This document shows positions 60,460 through 64,000 of a stretch of DNA of 64,000 bases, in pieces. Below the pieces are notes generated by a model, which saw nothing but the letters and a program-made list of their open reading frames with translations, was not told the DNA's origin and did no database searches. Source of the DNA: Dehalococcoides mccartyi (GTDB taxonomy: Bacteria > Chloroflexota > Dehalococcoidia > GIF9 > DYGU01); the NCBI GenBank assembly GCA_020724525.1, contig DYGU01000003.1:38105-102104 (forward strand), read 5' to 3'. A program made the position numbers and the translations under genes. Every line of letters starts with the position of its first letter. The first letter of the stretch is position 1.

Positions 60460-60760
60460 TCTAATAAAAAACGTAGAGTTGCCGTACCCGGTTGCCGAAA
60501 TAGCTTACCAGCATCATGAACGGATGGACGGCTCCGGATATCCGCAAGGTCTTTCTGGAGAAAACATTCTCCTAGAGGCGAGGATTTTACCCGTAGCTGA
60601 TGTTATAGAAGCCATGGCTTCTTACCGCCCCTACCGACCGGCTCTGGGTATAGACAGGGCACTGGTGGAAATAATGCAGAAAAAGGGTATCCTTTATGAC
60701 CCGGATGTGGTAGATACATGCCTCCGGCTCTTTACCGAAAAAGGATTTAAGCTGGAATAG
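60419..60760 (+). CDS. HD-GYP domain C-terminal portion (continuation of 59041..60459 in +1 frame)
   Basis: ...LIKNVELPYPVAEIAYQHHERMDGSGYPQGLSGENILLEARILPVADVIEAM carries the HHExxDGxGYP signature. Joining needs removal of one T near 60451..60457. Confidence 0.7.
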   Translation: MSSVSSKLIPRLLNLIKNVELPYPVAEIAYQHHERMDGSGYPQGLSGENILLEARILPVADVIEAMASYRPYRPALGIDRALVEIMQKKGILYDPDVVDTCLRLFTEKGFKLE

Positions 60761-60925
60761 CCTCACCCCCTTTCCGTCCTTGCGAGCCCCGAGAGGAAAC
60801 GAGGGTCGGAGCAATCTCAATAGACAAAAGACATTGCTTGAGATTGCCACGCCTCCGGCTCGCAATGATAAGAGGGTGACTGGTAATGACACAAAAATTT
60901 AGCTGGCATTGACGAGAGAAGGCTA

Positions 60926-61285
60926 ATGAAACGAAAAGAACTGGGTGTCTTAGGCGAAAAATTAGCCAGAGCTTTCCTCAAAAAGAAAGGCTACCGCATC
61001 CGGGAGACAAACTTCCACTGCCATGAGGGTGAGATTGACATTATTGCCCAAAAAGATGACTATTTGGTCTTTGTGGAAGTCCGCACCAAAAGCAGTAGCG
61101 ATTTCGGCATACCTGAAGAATCAGTAACTCACACCAAAAAAGAAAGGCTCATCACTACGGCACTAACTTACTTGAAGAGCCACCAGGACTTGCCGCCTTC
61201 ATGGCGCATAGACATTGTGGCTATAGAACTGGACGAAAAGAATAAAGCCAAACGAATTGAACTTATTGAAAATGCTATTAATTAA
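60926..61285 (+). CDS. yraN: YraN family endonuclease (UPF0102)
   Basis: LGEKLARAFLKKKGYRIRETNFHCHEGEIDIIAQKDDYLVFVEVRTK. 119 aa. Confidence 0.85.
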   Translation: MKRKELGVLGEKLARAFLKKKGYRIRETNFHCHEGEIDIIAQKDDYLVFVEVRTKSSSDFGIPEESVTHTKKERLITTALTYLKSHQDLPPSWRIDIVAIELDEKNKAKRIELIENAIN

Positions 61286-61287
61286 AA

Positions 61288-62027
61288 ATGGAAAGGTTTG
61301 AAGGACAAGTAATAGCCTATCTCGTCTTCGCCATACCTGCCCTCCTATTGGCAGCCCTGTTCTACTCTTTTGCTCGGACTGATATCCGCTATGTTCCTCA
61401 GCCTGACGTTCCCGCAGCCACTAACGGAGCCCCCATGACCTCAGTGGTTTTATCCTTGGCACTCATCTTTACCATAGCTATACTGAATGGTTTTATTTAC
61501 CGGGGTATAGTTACCTTCCTACCCCTATATCTCGGTGAACGAGTCTCAGGGGCTTTTAAAATTCAGATAGCCAGTTATTAGCCGGTTCGTTCACCACCAT
61601 AGCCCTTGCCTTCGGAATTGGTGGTCAGTTTATCGGGGGCTACCTCTCAGACCGAAAGCGCCGGGAAGTCCTCGCCGTTACCGTAACTGCCACAACAAGC
61701 CCTCTCCTTGTGGCAGTAGCCGGTAGCCAGGGGCTCATATTGATGATGGCTGCCATCATTTTTGCCTTCTTCCATTTTATGGGGCAACCAATTTATAACA
61801 GCCTTGTTGCTGACTACAGCCCAACTGCTTGGCGAGGGCGCAGTTTTGGAATCTACTTTTTCTTTACCTTTGGTCTTGGCTCTTTCTCGGCAAGTATACT
61901 GGGCTACGCTGCTGACAAATGGGGCATCAATTGGAGTTTTGTCGTCGCTGCTGGGTTTGCTCTTATCGCTTTAGTCTGTGCTACCCTCGTTTCAGAGAGA
62001 CTGGTGACAGTGCCTGGAAAGAAGTAG
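61288..62027 (+). pseudogene. MFS transporter C-terminal half (6 TM), frameshifted. N-terminal half absent
   Basis: Two ORFs (61288..61581, 61710..62027) are joined by a 1-nt shift at 61576..61581 (SY-stop vs SYLAGSFTTIALAFGIGGQFIGGYLSDRKRRE...). Starts right after yraN with the mid-loop of an MFS. No first six TMs anywhere upstream. Confidence 0.5.
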
Positions 62028-63097
62028 AAGAGGCAATGCTGGCTAAGGCGCATCAGGGTGGTTTTCGCATTATTGGTCCTAACTGCCTTGGTGTCTATTC
62101 TCCAGAAAGTAGACTCCCCCTCTTTGAGGGTGTGATGGGGAATCCGGGCACAGTTGGCTTCGTTTCCCAAAGTGGCAGCTTATCAGCCGAGTTAATCAAC
62201 CTTGGTATAGCCTGTGGCATAAATTATAGCAAAGGCATCAGCTTTAGAAATGGTATTGACCTTGATGTTATTGATTCTCTGGGATACCTAACCGCTGACC
62301 CTAAGACCAAAGTCATCGGTGTTTATATTGAAGGGATAAAAGACGGACGTTACTTTTCCAATAGGGTAAAAAAGGCAGCTAAAGCTAAACCTTTGATTAT
62401 ATGGAAATGGGGAAGGACACAGGCTGGCGCTACTGCCGCTGCCTCTCACACCGGCTCTTTGACCAGTTCCATTACCGCCTGGTCAATAGCTATAAAACAA
62501 GCTGGTGCTATTTAAGTTTACAGCCTGGAGGAGCTGGCTGACACTTTACTCTTATTCCAGCAGCTCAACCGGTGGCAAGGCAACAATGTGGCTATTATTA
62601 CTAGGCTTTATGGTGCTGGCGGGGGCGCCTCTGTCTCTGCTGCCGATACCTGTGCCCGGTTCGGGCTTAATGTTGCGCCCCTTTCTCCCCAGATAAGAGA
62701 TAGTTTAATGAAGTTATTAGGTCCTGTAGTTAGTATCTTATGTAATCTTCTGGACATAACCCCAATTCTCGGCTCCCCTTCCCTTTTAGAAAGAGTCATG
62801 GAATTAGTAATCTCCAAGCCGGCTATTGAACTCATACTGATCCAGGAAGATGTGGACATAATTTTAGCCTATGCTCCTATGGAACAACTTCAGCAATTAA
62901 ACAATGTTTTCCTCAACTTCGCCGATCGGCAAAACAAGTCTGTAATAGTTGTTCTACCGCCGGGGAATGCTGAGGTAGAACGCTTGAAATTAGCCCAAAT
63001 GCTAAATCAAGGTGGGATAGCTGTCTTCCCATCTATGGAGCGCGCCGCTAAGGCTATTGTAAATATGCGACGATACTTCCGTTTCCGTAGTTCCTGA
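61985..63097 (+). pseudogene. acyl-CoA synthetase (NDP-forming) alpha-like gene, N-terminally truncated and with in-frame TAA
   Basis: RETGDSAWKEVEEAMLAKAHQGGFRIIGPNCLGV...GFVSQSGSL...QAGAI-TAA-VYSLEELADTL...IITR...ADTCARFGLNVAPL. ORFs 61919..62515 and 62588..63097 are in the same frame, separated only by TAA 62513..62515. The CoA-binding N-domain is missing. Homology starts where the MFS remnant ends. Confidence 0.5.
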
Positions 63098-63338
63098 CAC
63101 CCCTTGCCCCACCAGCCACCAAAAACTCCCCTCCGTTTCCGGCACCAATAGATAATAGCCATAGAACTAAAAATTCTCCGACTGAAAAAGGTTGATATGG
63201 AACTAACGGGTATTTGAACAAAGTAGCGCTTTGTGACTTTGGCAAGGTCGTTACGCTAGAGAAGGCCAACTGTTTACCTGCTATTAGCCAGGTGGTATAC
63301 TGAGCTAAACCATGTGGTTGCCTTGAATTGAGGGGGAT

Positions 63339-64000
63339 TTGAAAATACTACTCGTTTATCCGCAGTATCCAGATACTTTCTGGAGCTTTAAACATGCGCT
63401 AAGATTTATCTCTAAAAAAGCAGCCTTCCCGCCTCTGGGCTTGTTAACCGTGGCAGCCATGCTTCCCCACGAGTGGCAGAAAAAGCTCATAGATACGAAT
63501 GTCAAAACCCTAACTGATGGAGACCTTAGATGGGCTGATTATGTGTTTGTTAGTGCCATGTCCATACAGAAAGAGGCAGTAGAAAATGTCATCGGCAGAT
63601 GTAACCGATTAAACGTCAAGGTTGTTGCTGGCGGCCCTCTGTTTACTACTGGGCGTGACCAATTTAAAGGCGTTGACCACTTTGTGCTTAACGAGGCCGA
63701 AGTCACGCTTCCAGCCTTTGTGAAAGATTTGGAGAGTGGCCGCGCCAAACATGTTTACACTAGTGGTGAATGGCCAGACATAACGAGCAGCCCTATCCCG
63801 TTGTGGGAACTCGTGGATATGAGAAACTATGCTTGGATGAGTGTTCAGTATTCTCGTGGCTGCCCTTTTGACTGTGAATTTTGCGATGTTGTCGTCCTCA
63901 ACGGGCATAGGCCGCGAACCAAAGAGAAAGGCCAGCTATTGGCCGAGCTGGAGGCATTTTATAGTCATGGTTGGAGGGGTGGCGTGTTTGTGGTCGATGA
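63339..64000 (+). CDS. B12-binding domain radical SAM protein (partial, continues past window end)
   Basis: From TTG 63339 (RBS GAGGGGGA): KILLVYPQYPDTFWSFKHALRFISKKAAFPPLGLLTVAAMLP (B12-binding-like) ...SRGCPFDCEFCD (radical SAM Cx3Cx2C). No stop before position 64000. Absent from the ORF track because it is open-ended. Confidence 0.7.
   Translation, partial: MKILLVYPQYPDTFWSFKHALRFISKKAAFPPLGLLTVAAMLPHEWQKKLIDTNVKTLTDGDLRWADYVFVSAMSIQKEAVENVIGRCNRLNVKVVAGGPLFTTGRDQFKGVDHFVLNEAEVTLPAFVKDLESGRAKHVYTSGEWPDITSSPIPLWELVDMRNYAWMSVQYSRGCPFDCEFCDVVVLNGHRPRTKEKGQLLAELEAFYSHGWRGGVFVVD

Noticed and set aside
61919-62024. First about 35 aa of the 198-aa ORF (MGHQLEFCRRCWVCSYRFSLCYPRF...)
   Set aside because: Overlaps the MFS TM12 coding region in another frame and has no homology. 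ACD-like similarity begins only at about 61985.
1-64000. CRISPR arrays, IS elements/transposases, integrases, prophage genes
   Set aside because: No regularly spaced direct repeats, no transposase/integrase-like ORFs and no phage structural genes were found on either strand.

Overview
This 64-kb window is a chromosomal segment of an anaerobe-type bacterium; the phylum cannot be assigned from the sequence alone. It contains the rpoB 5' end, tRNA-Gln and rnc. A tungsten/molybdenum-cofactor module follows: an aldehyde:ferredoxin oxidoreductase gene next to moeA, mobA, mobB and a DUF362 gene. There is a PyrR-attenuated pyrimidine operon (pyrR-pyrB-pyrC-carA...carB-pyrK). Between carA and carB this operon carries an AT-rich three-gene insertion: a DNA methyltransferase, a putative restriction endonuclease and an orphan HicB-like antitoxin. 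Further on are two tandem desulforedoxin-like micro-ORFs missed by the >=60-aa ORF track, a macAB-type efflux system, folE, thrC-hom, tRNA-Pro, greA with an N-terminal extension, polyamine genes (speB, speH), cinA, thiC behind a TPP riboswitch, a large beta-helix surface protein, a thiolase/HMG-CoA-synthase-like pair, rsmG, pdxST, tmk, mnmA, rnhB and yraN. The most striking structural signal is how many genes are disrupted. The surface protein, a MOT1-like transporter, an HdrA/MvhD-like oxidoreductase, a GAF-GAF-HD-GYP gene, an MFS half-transporter and an acetyl-CoA-synthetase(ADP-forming)-like gene are split by frameshifts, and three also carry an in-frame stop codon. This points either to genome erosion or to indel-prone sequencing. 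A family of about 100-nt intergenic repeats with a covariation-supported hairpin occurs three times. No CRISPR array, IS element or prophage was seen. Because several frameshifts fall in short homopolymers, an assembly artefact cannot be excluded from the sequence alone.
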